Origin: Octopus sinensis
Taxonomy: Eukaryota
Direction: 5' to 3'
DNA: 64,000 nucleotides
Assembly: GCF_006345805.1 (NCBI RefSeq)
Contig: NC_042997.1
Location: forward strand, 24,800,001 to 24,864,000
Below the pieces are notes generated by a model. That model was not told the origin of the DNA, ran no database searches, and saw only the letters and a list, made by a program, of their open reading frames with translations. The translations under genes and the position numbers were made by a program. Each line of letters opens with the position of its first letter. The stretch's first letter is position 1. Shown here piece after piece: positions 43,719-57,441 of this stretch.

Positions 43719-44538
43719 GTTGTAGAAGTGGTAGTTCTTGCATTATATTTCCGTTATTCTTAGTTTTATCAATGGCATATTGCAGATGCTAAGTACACTT
43801 TTTCAGCAGCAAAATGTATATGAAAAAAAAAATAGCAACGGAAAAACAGTAACGAAAATCAACAACAAAAACCAATTAAGAGAATATAAAGGAAAGATTT
43901 CTATAAACATGTGTCAAATCAATGCTCTGTGTTTATATAACACGTGAAATGCATATCAAATTAATGTAATTTGTAATTTCTAAATTTGTAAAGTCTATTG
44001 TTTTGGTTTGAGATGCATAATTTATTCTAAACAGAATTGGCAACCATTTTACATTCCATGCTCCATCTTTGTTCTATGTATGTGTTCAGATGCGCCACAG
44101 TGTCTTGTACCCCTATTCAACTTTTGTACAAAATATGTTCATATAGATATATCTAAAATGTATGTACGATATAATTACTTCCTATTGAAAAGGAAGCAAT
44201 ATAAATGCTAATTACTTCAAGTAGACAATTTGAAATTACCGCTGTCTATAACATTTGTGTGTATTCGAACGTGGAAATGTATCAATGTATCAAGGCGATG
44301 CATTGTATTTGGTGGCCCCATTTCATTCTGAGCGACAGAACTCTCTGAGAAGATTCTCTGAATCAAAATATTTCAGCTAATGCCGTTCCACGTTTGTATA
44401 TAGATTATCAAATGATATATACACCAGTGTTTTAAATCTATGGTTGTTTCAAGTGCATATATGAAATTTATTCGATTCTGCTTTAATAACACGAACTTTC
44501 GATAAATGGTGGTAAATTAGTTACAGAGAACAGTAAAG

Positions 44539-44979
44539 GGATCTTTTCGGTTTGAACGGCAGTTTTTAACATAATTTCTAGGTAACTAAAAAATTTTAAA
44601 CTTCGTATACTGGTAGAATGTGTTTATAAAACATCTTTTTCTCTTGGCTTTATTGAGAAAATTCTATAGTTTGTTAGATATTTGTTGGTTTTTTTTCTTC
44701 AATTTCTGCAATTTCAACCGATCACTGACGTCCATTGAGGTAAAAAAAACATTTTGTGCCGTATGAATATGTCCCTCGTTTAAGAAACAGATTAGGTTTA
44801 TTTACATTTGTGAAGAAAAAAAGATACCCTTCCCCCACCCCTAACCCTAACCCTAATCCTAACTAACCCTAACCCTAAAATAGATTGAAATGCAATAGAT
44901 CGATACTAGGGTCATAATTATGAGTGACAATTTCATATGACACCGCTAGAAAAAACTGCCGTTCAAACCGAAAAGATCT
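44539..44979 (-). mobile_element. Second copy of the TTAGGG-containing MITE, opposite orientation
   Basis: Same TIRs and body, with (CCCTAA)n at 44838-44877. Confidence 0.85.
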
Positions 44980-45782
44980 CGATTCTGCTTTAATAATAAC
45001 ACCAACTTTTGATAAATGGTGGTAAATTAGTTACAGAGAACATTAGAGGGGTTTTCAGATATTTTATCAGTTGACGTTTTATGCTTTTCATGGATTAAAA
45101 TTATTTGTTACATAATTACTTCCTTTCGAAAGAAATGAATATAAGTGGTAAAATTTTCTTAGCTCTAAACAATGTTCACAGGTTAATGATGGCCATAAAT
45201 GAAGTATTTTCAGTGCATTTGAAACTGAGGGATGCTCATCAAATTTTCATGTGAATAATGTGTTTGTTTTCAAATCAGTAAGATCTGTACACATACAAAC
45301 GTGTGTGTGTGTGTGTGTGTGGTGTGTGTGTGTGTGTGTGTGTGTGTGAGTGTGTTACTAAGCATTTTATTGATTTTATTGTTATCGTTAAGTCAAAATA
45401 AGTTTATAAATTTGAGCACACAGGCTTCTTTTGCGAAAACCTGTTGATATTTTTCATATTTTATAAAATTTCCATTGACTTCAAAGCATTCACCCTACTC
45501 TTTCTAAAATGCGGAAACTGCTTTAATAACAGCTAAAAGAGGAATAATTTTAATTTTATAGTGCATGCATTTGTATCATTTACGAAGCTCAACTGGTTTT
45601 CGTCCTATTGTTTTAAATTTGGGTTAAAAGACATGGATAATTACTTCGTCTAAAAATTCTAAATCTAATACCCAATTTACATCACATAGAAATGAGGCTA
45701 ATTTTTGCGCTTTTACAAAATTGTAAATAGTATGCTAACTTTCCATAATATCTACAAAACTAGTCTATACATTTCTAAATTC

Positions 45783-46285
45783 GGATCTTTTCCCTTTGAA
45801 CGGCAGATCGAGAAATTAATTTTTTGTAACTAAACACTTTCAAACCTCGGACACTGGTAGAATGTGTCATATAAAAAATCTTTTACTCTTAGCGTTTTTG
45901 AGAAAAGTTTCTATTTACGATGTTATTTCGTGTTGTCGTATTTCGGTAATTTCAACCAATCAATGACATGTATTCAGATGAATAAAATTACTGCCGTTGT
46001 TTGACAACAACAACTTCCGACGGTGTATATTTCGTTTGTCATTGTTATTTATGACATATTTCATCTCAGTTATGTTTGTATGAATAAATGAGTGTATCTG
46101 AGCCATGTTTACTTCATGGCACCACCGTAATCGTTCGTGCATTTCGGCTGCTTTTAGTTTTTTTTCCTGTTTTTCAGCTACTATTTTCGGAAAGATATTT
46201 TTGCTCCCTCCCCCTCCAACTTTTTCATTTTTCACTTTTTCACGTAACTCTAACCCTAAAACCCTAACCCTAACCCTAAAACCCT
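45783..46285 (-). mobile_element. Sister-subfamily telomeric-repeat element, one TIR
   Basis: GGATCTTTTTCCCTTTGAACGGCAG followed by a homologous body, ending in CCCTAA repeats. Confidence 0.6.
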
Positions 46286-46995
46286 TTTGGTTGGATTTTA
46301 TTCATTCATTTCACATGCTGCAGGTTAAAAATTTACCTACACAACGACTCACGGTGTATAATCTGGTGATTTTCTAATAGATGTTCTAAAAAGTTTTCAA
46401 AGATGTAATTCCAACAGCTTTAACAATCCCTCTCATTACAAATAGTAATATGTTTATTGAAATTTACTTGTAAATTCTCCAAGCATGACTTCATCAATTT
46501 TACTTTGTCAAACGTATCTTATCCTTTTGCTTTTGTGTGAAGCGGTGGGAGATTATGTCATTGCTTAAGGGTGTTGAAAATTAGAATCACTTGTTTTAAA
46601 AGTATTTAACCGTCTCTATCTCATATCAGAAAATTCGTTTAATCCTGAAGAAAAGTAGGAACATTTAAACGGCTTTTCAGTTGCACTCCATTTCCTATCA
46701 TGTATTTATGGTTCAGTTTTATTCTCTCCGGGTTAACTTCACAACAACAGGTGTTAAAGTAGCTTTTGTCACCCAAACGAAAGACAGTCCTACAACGTTC
46801 GATTTCTTATCTGAAAGGGCATAGGAACATAATCAAACTCACAGATATTAGCACCATTTTTTTCTATGGCTGTTATTTCAACACCAAAGTCTCTAAATCC
46901 GGGTGAAGTGCTCGTGACCAAAACGTCAGTTTCTCTACTTGTAACACTAACTGAATTTATTTATTTCAACAAATTAATCCCACTGGACAATACTT

Positions 46996-47225
46996 ATTTC
47001 TTTATTGCCCACAAGGGACTAAACATAGAGGGGACAAACAAGTACAGACAAACGGATTAAGTCGATTACATCGACCCTAGTACGTAACTAGTACTTAATT
47101 TATCGACCCCGAAAGGATGAAAGGCAAAGTCAACCTCGGCGGAATTTGAACTCAGAACGTAACGGCATACGAAATACTGCTAAGCATTTCACCCGGCGTG
47201 CTAACGATTCCGCCAGCTCGCCTAC
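46996..47225 (-). mobile_element. SINE family A
   Basis: Full copy on the minus strand. Confidence 0.85.
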
Positions 47226-47664
47226 TTCCACTGGACAATACTAATCATAAAAGTGATAGCAATTAACAATCTTTATGAATATATATTTGCAAACAATCGC
47301 AGAATAAAGGAAGGTGACACCAGTTATCAAAGGCTTTAAACTCTGTTCATTCCCATGATTCTGGTTACCATTTTCTTCTAAGTTAAGGATTTTAATGTGA
47401 TATTTTCATTTCATATTTCAATGTTTCAGTGAGGTAAAACCACAATTGGTGCGTTTAGATAGGAATCTGTATTTGGATACAGCCACAGGAGTGGTAACAT
47501 GGTAAGAGCATTGCGTCCCAGCGACATGGTTCTGGGTACAGTCCCACTGTGTGGTACCTTGGACGAGTGTCTTCTACTAAAGCTTCGAGTCTTGTGAGTG
47601 AATTAGGTAGACAGAGACTGCAAGAAGACCGTCGCAATGAGAAATATATATTTCTATATAAATA

Positions 47665-47908
47665 TAAATGCGCCCTTTTCAATTCTAGCCAGGCTCATGG
47701 GCCCGGTTTCTATGGCGTATGTATTCCCCAGCTGGACGGGACGCTAGTCCATCGTAGCGTTACTCATTTTTGTCAGCTGAGTGGACTGAAGCAACGTGAA
47801 ATGACGTGTTTTGCTCAAGAACACAACGCGTCGCCCGGTCCAGGAATCGAAACCACAATCTTACGATCATGATGTTGACACCCTAACCACTAAACTACGC
47901 GCCCCCAC
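47665..47908 (-). mobile_element. tRNA-derived SINE family D (Nin/Deu-like central domain)
   Basis: Minus head GGGGCGCGTAGTTTAGTGGTTAGG...GGTTTCGATTCC. Central CGATGGACTAGCGTCCCGTCCAG and AGAAACCGGG resemble Nin-domain SINEs as I recall them. Confidence 0.6.
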
Positions 47909-49010
47909 AAAGACACACGTTTAATTTTTTCCTTTCGTTCCTGTCGAATTTTATCCCTAATTTTGTGGTTATAGAACCTAGCTGTTCTTTCTAGCGTGTT
48001 GAATCCCACGAGTAGATGCCTCATGTGTTTAAATGTACACTGTATTATATATATATACGTGTGTGTTCCTCAGCATCACTTGACATTAGGTGTTGGTGTG
48101 TTTACGTCCCTGTAACCTAGAGGTTCGGCAAATGAAATCGAAGGAACAATACCAGGCTTTAAAAAATAAGTACTGGGGTCTATTCATTCGACATAAATTT
48201 TTCTGGAGAGTACCCCACCATGGCCGCAGCCTATTGACTGAAACAATTAAAAGATAATAAAACAACATATCATATCCAGGAGCGGCAGTGAAAGCCCAGT
48301 GCAATTTTGAACCCACGACTTAAGTATTTATCTACTCAGAGATATAACATTTGATGCATTAGAGAAATGAAATTAAAATGCGACGAGAAATACAAAAGCG
48401 AATAAAATTAAAAAAACTCTAAATATACCATCAAATAGAAATATGTAAATAAAATATACATTTCGAAACTAACAACCTCACCTAAAGAACAATATATAAC
48501 TTTGAGATGGGGAATTTCTTTTTCAAATCCAAGCGTCTTAATACAAAATGTGATCAGATGCTTGTAGGTCTTGCTCGAATAAGCTATATCATCACATAAA
48601 TTATTCTTTGAAATGTTTTATTCTCTTGTGAATTATTTTTTTGTTTTAGTGAGAGGATATATTCTGAAACAGTTCGAACCATTATCGTAATTATATTGTT
48701 TCTTTGGTCGTGATTTGAATAATCTGGGCAGCATAGAACAAAGTGTAATCATTTCGACAGAAGACTATTCTGAGAAAAAGGCCTAAGCTCAGGATATTTA
48801 TATAATCATCTAGACAGCTTTTTTATTGTTTTTATATTCCGTAGTAATTGCTAAATCTTTCTGTTTTCTCTTAACAAAGATTACTTAACGAGTAGCAACT
48901 TATTCAGAAGCTGTCCATTATAAATACTAGAGTATTTATATGTTATTTTAATATTTTATGTGATTAATAATAATAATAATAATAATGATAATAACAATAA
49001 TAATAATATT

Positions 49011-49068
<58 letters not shown>

Positions 49069-49202
49069 TTAATAATGATGATGATGACAACAACAACAAC
49101 AACAACAATAGTAATAATAATAACAATAATAATAATAATAATATAATAATAATAATAAATAATAATAATAATAATAATAACAATAATAATAATGATAATA
49201 AC

Positions 49203-49235
<33 letters not shown>

Positions 49236-49246
49236 TATTATTATTG

Positions 49247-49460
49247 AGGCGGTGGGCTGGTAGAATCGTTAGCATGCCGGTCGGTCGATATGCTTAGCAG
49301 TATTTCGTCTGTCTTTATGCTCTCTGAGTTCAAATTCGACCGACGTCGGCTTTGCCTTTCGGGGTCGATAAATTAAGTATCAGTTGAATACTGGGCTCAA
49401 TGTGATCAGCTATCCCCCAACCCTCACAAAATCCAGGCCTTGTCCCAATAGTAGAAAAGA
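49247..49460 (+). mobile_element. SINE family A, tail 2
   Basis: Diverged copy between (TAA)n and (TTC)n. Confidence 0.7.
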
Positions 49461-49525
49461 TTCTTCTTCTTCTTCTTCTTCTTCTTCTTCTTCTTCTTCT
49501 TCTTCTTCTTCTTCTTCTTCTTCTT

Positions 49526-49607
<82 letters not shown>

Positions 49608-49617
49608 TATTATTATT

Positions 49618-49661
<44 letters not shown>

Positions 49662-49683
49662 TATTATTATTATTATTACTATT

Positions 49684-49742
<59 letters not shown>

Positions 49743-49954
49743 AGCAGCAAGCTGATAGAACCGTTAGCGCACCAGACAAAATGCTCAGCGGTATTTCTCC
49801 AGTTGCTACATTCTGAGTTCAAATTCCGCCGAAGTCGATTTATCTTTCATCCTATCGGGATCGATAGAATAACTACCAGTTTAATACTGGGGTCGATTCA
49901 ATCGACTCATCCCCTCCCCCAAAATTGCTGCCCGTGCGACAAAATCTAAAACCA

Positions 49955-50660
49955 TGTGCACAGGACGATGAGACGGTCTTGCATGCACTTGTCCAATACC
50001 CGAGCATTACAGACCAGTGGGTTTATGTCGAACACCTATTCTCGCATGAGGGACGGATCAACTGAATTCATCGTGGAGATTACCCCGTCGCCTTCCTTTA
50101 ACCTGGAAGGAAGGGCTGTGTTGATATGCCTGGTGGTCATGAGGAAAGAAGTTGTATGGCGGAGAATACCGAAGGGGCTGAAGACAAGCACCTTTTTCTT
50201 TGGCCAATCCCTGATCAACTTCTTCAAGTTTCACTTGAAAAGGAAAATAAGAGTAGAGAGGGAAATGTTGTCTTCTAGCCAGTTTGCTGAAAGGTAGATG
50301 AAAGTGGCAAGAATGGTGCGAGTGAACGGGCATGCCCTGAGCATACGCCTCTATCTGAAAAAAAAGGAAAGGAAAAACGGCACCTGTCCCAAAAGTCAGG
50401 GTAACCATGGTTTTTTTTATGGGTTTTGTCCCTTACCAGTTCTCAAACATCTCCTCCCTATCCAGGATCATACGTTATTGATTTAAAAAAAATTTGTTAG
50501 TCTTGTTTACCCTCAAAACCCTCACAACACATATTCACACGCACACACACACACTCACACTCACACGCACGCACACACACACACTCGCATTCTTTGTTTT
50601 GTTCTGTGCTGTCCATAATGTTTTACTTACTGTAAACCCTTTTGGTTAATAAAGAAATCA
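49955..50660 (+). mobile_element. Tx1-like 3' fragment ending in (ATT)n
   Basis: QDDETVLHALVQ...; the 3' UTR aligns with the reverse complement of 19700-20300 and ends AATAAAGAAATCATT. Confidence 0.8.
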
Positions 50661-50818
50661 TTATTATCATTGTTATTATTATTGTTGTTGTTGCTATTGT
50701 TATTATATTATTATTATTATTATCATTATTATTATCATTATTATTACTATTATTATTATTATCATTATTATTATTATTATTATTAATGCTATTATTATTA
50801 TTATTATTATTATTGTTG

Positions 50819-50853
<35 letters not shown>

Positions 50854-50872
50854 ATTATTGTTGTTGTTGTTA

Positions 50873-50912
<40 letters not shown>

Positions 50913-50999
50913 CATATTATTATTATTATTATTAATATTATTATTATTATCATATTATTATTATTATTAATGCTATTATTATTATTATTATTATTGTTG

Positions 51000-51037
<38 letters not shown>

Positions 51038-51074
51038 ATTATTATTATTATTAATATTATTATTATTATTATTA

Positions 51075-51105
<31 letters not shown>

Positions 51106-51244
51106 GTTGTTGTTGTTATTGTTATTATATTATTATTATTATTATTATTATTATTCATTATTATTATCATTATTATTACTATTATTATTATTATCATTAT
51201 TATTATTATTATTAATGCTATTATTATTATTATTATTATTGTTG

Positions 51245-51286
<42 letters not shown>

Positions 51287-51340
51287 TATTATTATTATTA
51301 ATATTATTATTATTATATTATTATTATATTATTATTATTA

Positions 51341-51372
<32 letters not shown>
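50660..51372. repeat. Long compound (TTA/TTG/TCA)n microsatellite
   Basis: Seen directly. One of many such arrays (also 18.24, 19.45, 29.0, 30.26, 43.33, 43.6, 48.96, 49.46 kb). Confidence 0.95.
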
Positions 51373-51720
51373 AAGAGCGTCACTGACTCTTGTTCACAAG
51401 GTACTTGTGGCAATCACCTGTTCCTGGATCGCAAACGTATAGCCTTCAAAGTGAGATGTGATGTAGTTGTCTTCTGTCCAAGAGAGTCTGCATTTCGTGT
51501 CAATTCTACTGTATTCTTCAAGCTTCCGGACAACATACTCATGTATGGTCTTTTTCTTTCTTTTTTTTTTTTGTATCCTGAGCGCTTTCCATCCAGGTCT
51601 TCTCTTAAGAAAGAGAGCCCACCTGTTTTGGGGCTGTATAGAAGATCATTAGAAAGAGACTGTTTCTTGAGGAGTTCACTGCCAACTCATATGATGTTAC
51701 TCACTTCACCTTTCAGGACT
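51372..51720 (-). mobile_element. R4-like internal fragment
   Basis: KTIHEYVVRKLEE...LSWTEDNYITSHFEGYTFAIQEQVIAT, the region upstream of the CCHC knuckle. Abuts a long (TTA)n. Confidence 0.65.
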
Positions 51721-52237
51721 GCATTTATATATTTATTTTTGCTGCTGTTGTTTTGCAGGTGCTACCGGAGTGATACCATACGGCATTCGAAGGCCGTCTG
51801 CACTTATCTCAGGCCTCTACCACTTTCGAATGTATGTATGTATGTATGTATGTATGTATGTATGTATGTATGTATGTATGTATGTATGTATGTATGCATG
51901 CATGTATGTATGCATGTATGCATGTATGTATGAGTATATATATATATGTATACAATATTCATATAAATTTATTTACAAATGATATATATGCATGAATATA
52001 ATATACTTACATAGACACACGAACACACACATACAGGTATATTTGTATATGTGTTCGTGCGCGAATTACCTTGAATTTTTTTTCTATTTACCCTTTTCTC
52101 TTCTCTTTTCTCGCTATTTTCCCTGCCACTTTGCCACTTCCATCCTACATATGTATGTGTGTGTTTGCGCGTGCTTGTAAATTATTTATCTACACATTTG
52201 CACATACAAATATAATTTGAAACGATAACTTACGCCC

Positions 52238-52283
<46 letters not shown>

Positions 52284-52327
52284 AAAACAAATCCGAGCAA
52301 CGCCGGATGATACTGCTAGTGTATATA

Positions 52328-52406
<79 letters not shown>

Positions 52407-52595
52407 CTAGCAGTATCACCAGGCGTTGCTCGGATTTGTTTTCTTTATATATATATATATATCAGCCGAAATTGCGAAGATGATCCGGTTCTTGACTGAT
52501 GACTGAGGGCTTCGAATGTCCCGTCCTGTGGTTCTTGTGTCGTCTTCTAGGTGTTTCACGTTCTTGTCCCAGTTTGTATATATTTTCTACTTTTT

Positions 52596-52664
<69 letters not shown>

Positions 52665-52667
<3 letters not shown>

Positions 52668-53062
52668 TAGCAGTATCACCCGGCGTTGCTCGGATTTGTT
52701 TTCTTTTCGACCATTTAAAATTGTAATTTTTAAAAGTAAAAATTTCTCATTATATAGCCTGTTATTCTCTATAAGTGTACATTTTTCTGGTTGAAATACA
52801 CCGAAAAATGGCAACACAGCAGTCAAAAAATCGTAAAAAATAGGGATTTTCATAGAACAAAAGCACCTTTTTGATGTAAATAATTTTTGGTGTTAACATG
52901 GTCCGATTTGAATTTTTTCTTCTACGAAGGAAGAGCAAGCCTTCTATCATACTCTCAACTTTGGTCAACTTGCGCCGCTGGGTCTCGGAGGAGATAGTGT
53001 TAGTTGAAGGCTACCAAACCTGCCATTCACCGACTGCTTCACCTTTATGTATATATATATAT
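52665..53062 (+). mobile_element. Helitron/Helentron-like non-autonomous element
   Basis: 5' TACTAGCAGTATCACCCGGCGTTGCTCGG and 3' CTTCACCTTTATGTATATAT, no TSD. Family assignment is from recalled end motifs. Confidence 0.6.
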
Positions 53063-53810
53063 ATACACGCACACACATCGGACATACACAAACACATACT
53101 TGACACAGACACGCACACGCGTGGACACGTGAGCACACGCCACACTCACACACGCGCGTGCACACGCCACACTCACACGCGCGCGCGCACACACACATGC
53201 GCACGTATTCATCATGTCTACGCCAAGAAGAAGCTAGCAAACAAGAGAACGGATATTCATTTGCACAAGTTTTATGGAAAAACGGAATTTTATTGGTCAG
53301 ATTTTAATTCCGATCGACTTAATGAATCTCAGAAAAACATCTTTTATATTCTATGAATACTAAGAAATCTGGACTTAGCCTCTTAGTTCAATTGACTTAG
53401 AAGTGCCTGAGTTTCTCTATGAATAGAAGTCAGCTCGTCTGAAAAAAAAGAACAAAAAACAAAAAAAGACTCCAGTAGCTACGAGATTAAGATTCTAAGC
53501 AATTTCCTTAATCGATAGAAAGGATTGTTATGTATGTTACGTATTTCTATCACAAAATGAAATTAACTAAATTTTCCATGGAGCATATGCTGATGGCGAT
53601 ATTCCTATCTTATTAGAGGCGCAGCATACATACATATATACATACATATATGGGATTGTTTGGACGCGCTCGTGTGTGTATTAATGTAGGTTTTCCTTTT
53701 TTCCTTCAATAAATCTACTTATTCACCTATCTAATTAGCTTATCTATTTTTGTTATTGTTATAGATTCTGCTTATCTCCGTATTTTATGCCTGCATCCTA
53801 TGTATCAAGC

Positions 53811-54265
<455 letters not shown>

Positions 54266-54278
54266 CAAATAGAGCTAG

Positions 54279-54333
<55 letters not shown>

Positions 54334-54480
54334 GAGTGAGGAAGAGAGAAGGAAAGAGAAAAAGAGAGACAGAGAGCTAGTGAGGGGCTGGCCAAAAATC
54401 TTGTGGGAATCGCACATTATGCTTCATTCTACAAACACCATTTCTTGCACCTAGAAGGTGAACACGTTTTAGCGTGACAA

Positions 54481-55000
54481 TCAATGGTTTTCACCATTCT
54501 TCGAAGTTAAAATTATATAATATTCAAGATGTATGCGGTGCCTAGTATTGCTATTTACTGTATGTTGTATATACTTGTAAGTCCTAGTGTTTTTGCTATG
54601 TATTTGTCTGAATGCTTTTTTTCTTTTCATTTCTAATGCGCCTACTATAATAAGAATTGTTTCTGTTTTTAGGTTCCACATTCGAGTTACCTCTATTTCA
54701 AGATCTTTGTATTTTTAAAGTTTCTCCGTTTCCCTTAGAGAAACGATGTCATCTCTTAGCATTGATACATCGATTAGAAAACATTTTTTTTCTTGGTGAT
54801 CTCTGACAACTATAGCCCGCCTATTGGCATTAATTTCTCTTTCTGTGTGGATTGGCACATCTCAGAGTATGGTTGCTTTCTCATTCTTAGTGACCCTTTC
54901 TGGCGTGTGACTATACAGTTTTTTTCTGTTGTTATTCCATAGTGTTGGCGTAGTCTCCAGTGTATATAGGTCCCAACTCAGTCGTATCTGTGAATATATT
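54481..55000 (-). mobile_element. R4-like degraded fragment
   Basis: Aligns to the 28.4-28.9 kb copy (MWNLKTETILIIVGAL). Its 5' side runs into (TAA)n. Confidence 0.8.
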
Positions 55001-55041
55001 TATTATTATTATTATTATTGTTGTTGTCGTCGTCGTCGTCG

Positions 55042-55113
<72 letters not shown>

Positions 55114-55831
55114 TATTATTATTATTTCTCTTTACAACAGGTTTTGTTGGTGCTCCTGGAGTCTTACATGTGTAGCGGGCTTTGCTACCTGCAACCTACG
55201 GTACCATGCTATTCATTCTTTTCAGCTGTCTAATATTTTCCTCATTATTTCTAGCTGTGCCAAGGAGACAAACCTTTTGTAACAGTTCTTCTGGGCACTC
55301 TATTCTAATTTCCTTTATATTCCCCTTGATACCTTCTGATACTGTTCCCAAAGACTAAAAAATAATTGACTTTATCTTCACCTTCTTCATTTTCTATAGC
55401 CGGGTTATTTCGTACTTAAGAGGGTTGTATATATCCATATTTTTGCCATATTTTCATTTGGGGTGGGTGATTTTTGCAGTATATCTTTTATGGAATTGTT
55501 TGTGGAAAAGTTAGTAAACAAACTCTTTAATGTAGTGCATAGTTCACTTAGGTTTTGACTGACCTTCTCTCTAGATTACTTTCTTTGAAAGTTTTCTAAG
55601 TCTTCTCGGGTTTGGTGGTATAGTCCATTGATTTTGTTGGTTAAATTGACAAAATTTGCGTTGATTTCTTTTAATTCCTTAAGGATATCTTCGTTGGTAA
55701 TTTTATCCGATGAGGTGGAGGTAGGTTTCGTAGGCATTTTGTGTACCACGTGAGGCAAATAGTAGAAATATAAAAATATACAAGGAGCAAAGATACTGAA
55801 GATTCAGTATACACCACGTGGCAAAATTTCT

Positions 55832-55886
55832 TAACAAAACTGTCCGACGAATGGGAACGTGAAACTCTGAGTAACAGCTTTTGTTA
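55832..55886 (+). ncRNA. Type I hammerhead H6 (CCGACGA core, 12-bp stem I)
   Basis: UAACAAAA-CUGU-CCGACGA-AUG(ggaa)CGU-GAAAC-ucuga-GUA|ACAG-c-UUUUGUUA. Stem I is 4+8 bp around a bulged C. Confidence 0.75.
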
Positions 55887-55910
55887 TATTTCAGCTGCTT
55901 TTAAATAAAG

Positions 55911-55950
<40 letters not shown>

Positions 55951-55969
55951 ATATTATATATATATATAT

Positions 55970-56285
55970 CCAATCAACGGAACAGCCTGCTCGTGAAATT
56001 AACGTGCACGTGGTTGAGTACTCCACAGTCACGTGTACCTTTAACGTAGCTCCCGGGGGAGATTCAGTGTGACACAGAGTGTGACATGGCCTGCCCTTCG
56101 AAATACTTGTACAACAGAAACAGGAAGAAAGAATGAGAGAAAGTTGTGGTGAAAGAGTACAGCAGGGTTCGCCACGACTCCCTGCCGGAGCCTCGTGGAG
56201 CTTGAGGTTGGTTTTGCTCAATAAACATTCACAACGATCCTATGACCGCGAATCCGCTGCCCTAACCACTCGACCTTAGTGCCCC
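55970..56285 (-). mobile_element. SINE family C, partial
   Basis: Aligns to 58725-59010. Confidence 0.8.
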
Positions 56286-57261
56286 CCCCCCACGCACGCA
56301 CACACATATGAAGTGTTTCAGTAGACTCGTCGCGATTGTTGTTTTTATCACATGTTCATTTTCTTAAGTTTTACAATAAATAATATTAAAAGCCGAACAC
56401 ATATTCATACGTACAATATCACGCCATGTATTACATGTGACAAAACTCATTATTTCACAAAACCTATCGTTGTATTTATCCTAACACTCATGTTCGTCAG
56501 TATACGTCTATGTGTTTGTGTGTGTGAGTGTGTCTGTGTGAAGATTTGTGAATACATATGTATGAATATGTGTATAATTTCGAATGTTAAATTTCTTTTG
56601 CAAATGAATAAAATTTTGTTCAAATTTCGGTTTAAAGAAAAACAATTAGAAATGCAATTTTCTAACTATTGTATTCGTAATGTCATATTTAATTCAAGTC
56701 CAATGCAAAAAAAAAATAGAAAATATGTACATGACGTCACAGCTATTAATTAATAACTTTCCCATGACGGATCATTGTAGTCAAGCACTCGCACACACCA
56801 CATACAAACCACACACACACACACACACATACACATACATACACAAAGCAGATAGGTACGTTTAAGGGTTTTCGAGCACATGCTATCACGCATGCAAAAC
56901 ACACATACATAAACACACGCAGAAATCGAAACACGCACACACACACATACAAACAAGTGAATCCTTCATATTTTATCTTTTACTCGTTTCAGCCATTAGG
57001 CTGCGGCCATGATGGGGCACCGCCTTGAAGAATTTTTAGCCGAATGCATAGACCCCAGTATTTACTTTTAATAAGCCTGGTACTTATTCTATCGGTGTTG
57101 CTTTTGCCGAACCAATAAGTTACGGGGACGTAAACACACCAGCACCGGTTGTCAAGCAGTGGTGTGTTGGGACGAACACAGACACAAACACTCGCACAGA
57201 TACATACATACATACATACATACATACATACATACATCATACATACATACATACATACATA

Positions 57262-57296
<35 letters not shown>

Positions 57297-57441
57297 ATAT
57301 ATATATAAGTAGTTTTAGAGACAGAACCACCTTCAACTCAATCAACACTGAAAGATTTCATACCCGACCGCTCCATAAAATGTTAAATATTATATCTTAT
57401 ACTAACTATATTTCTTCTGAATCCCGTATTTTCCCTTTAAA

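Noticed and set aside
34913-46285. TTAGGG runs as a true telomere or chromosome fusion site
   Set aside because: The runs are short, degenerate and internal to repeated TIR elements.
48960-51372. CRISPR-like or coding interpretation of the periodic arrays
   Set aside because: They are pure trinucleotide microsatellites with no repeat-spacer structure, in a eukaryotic context.
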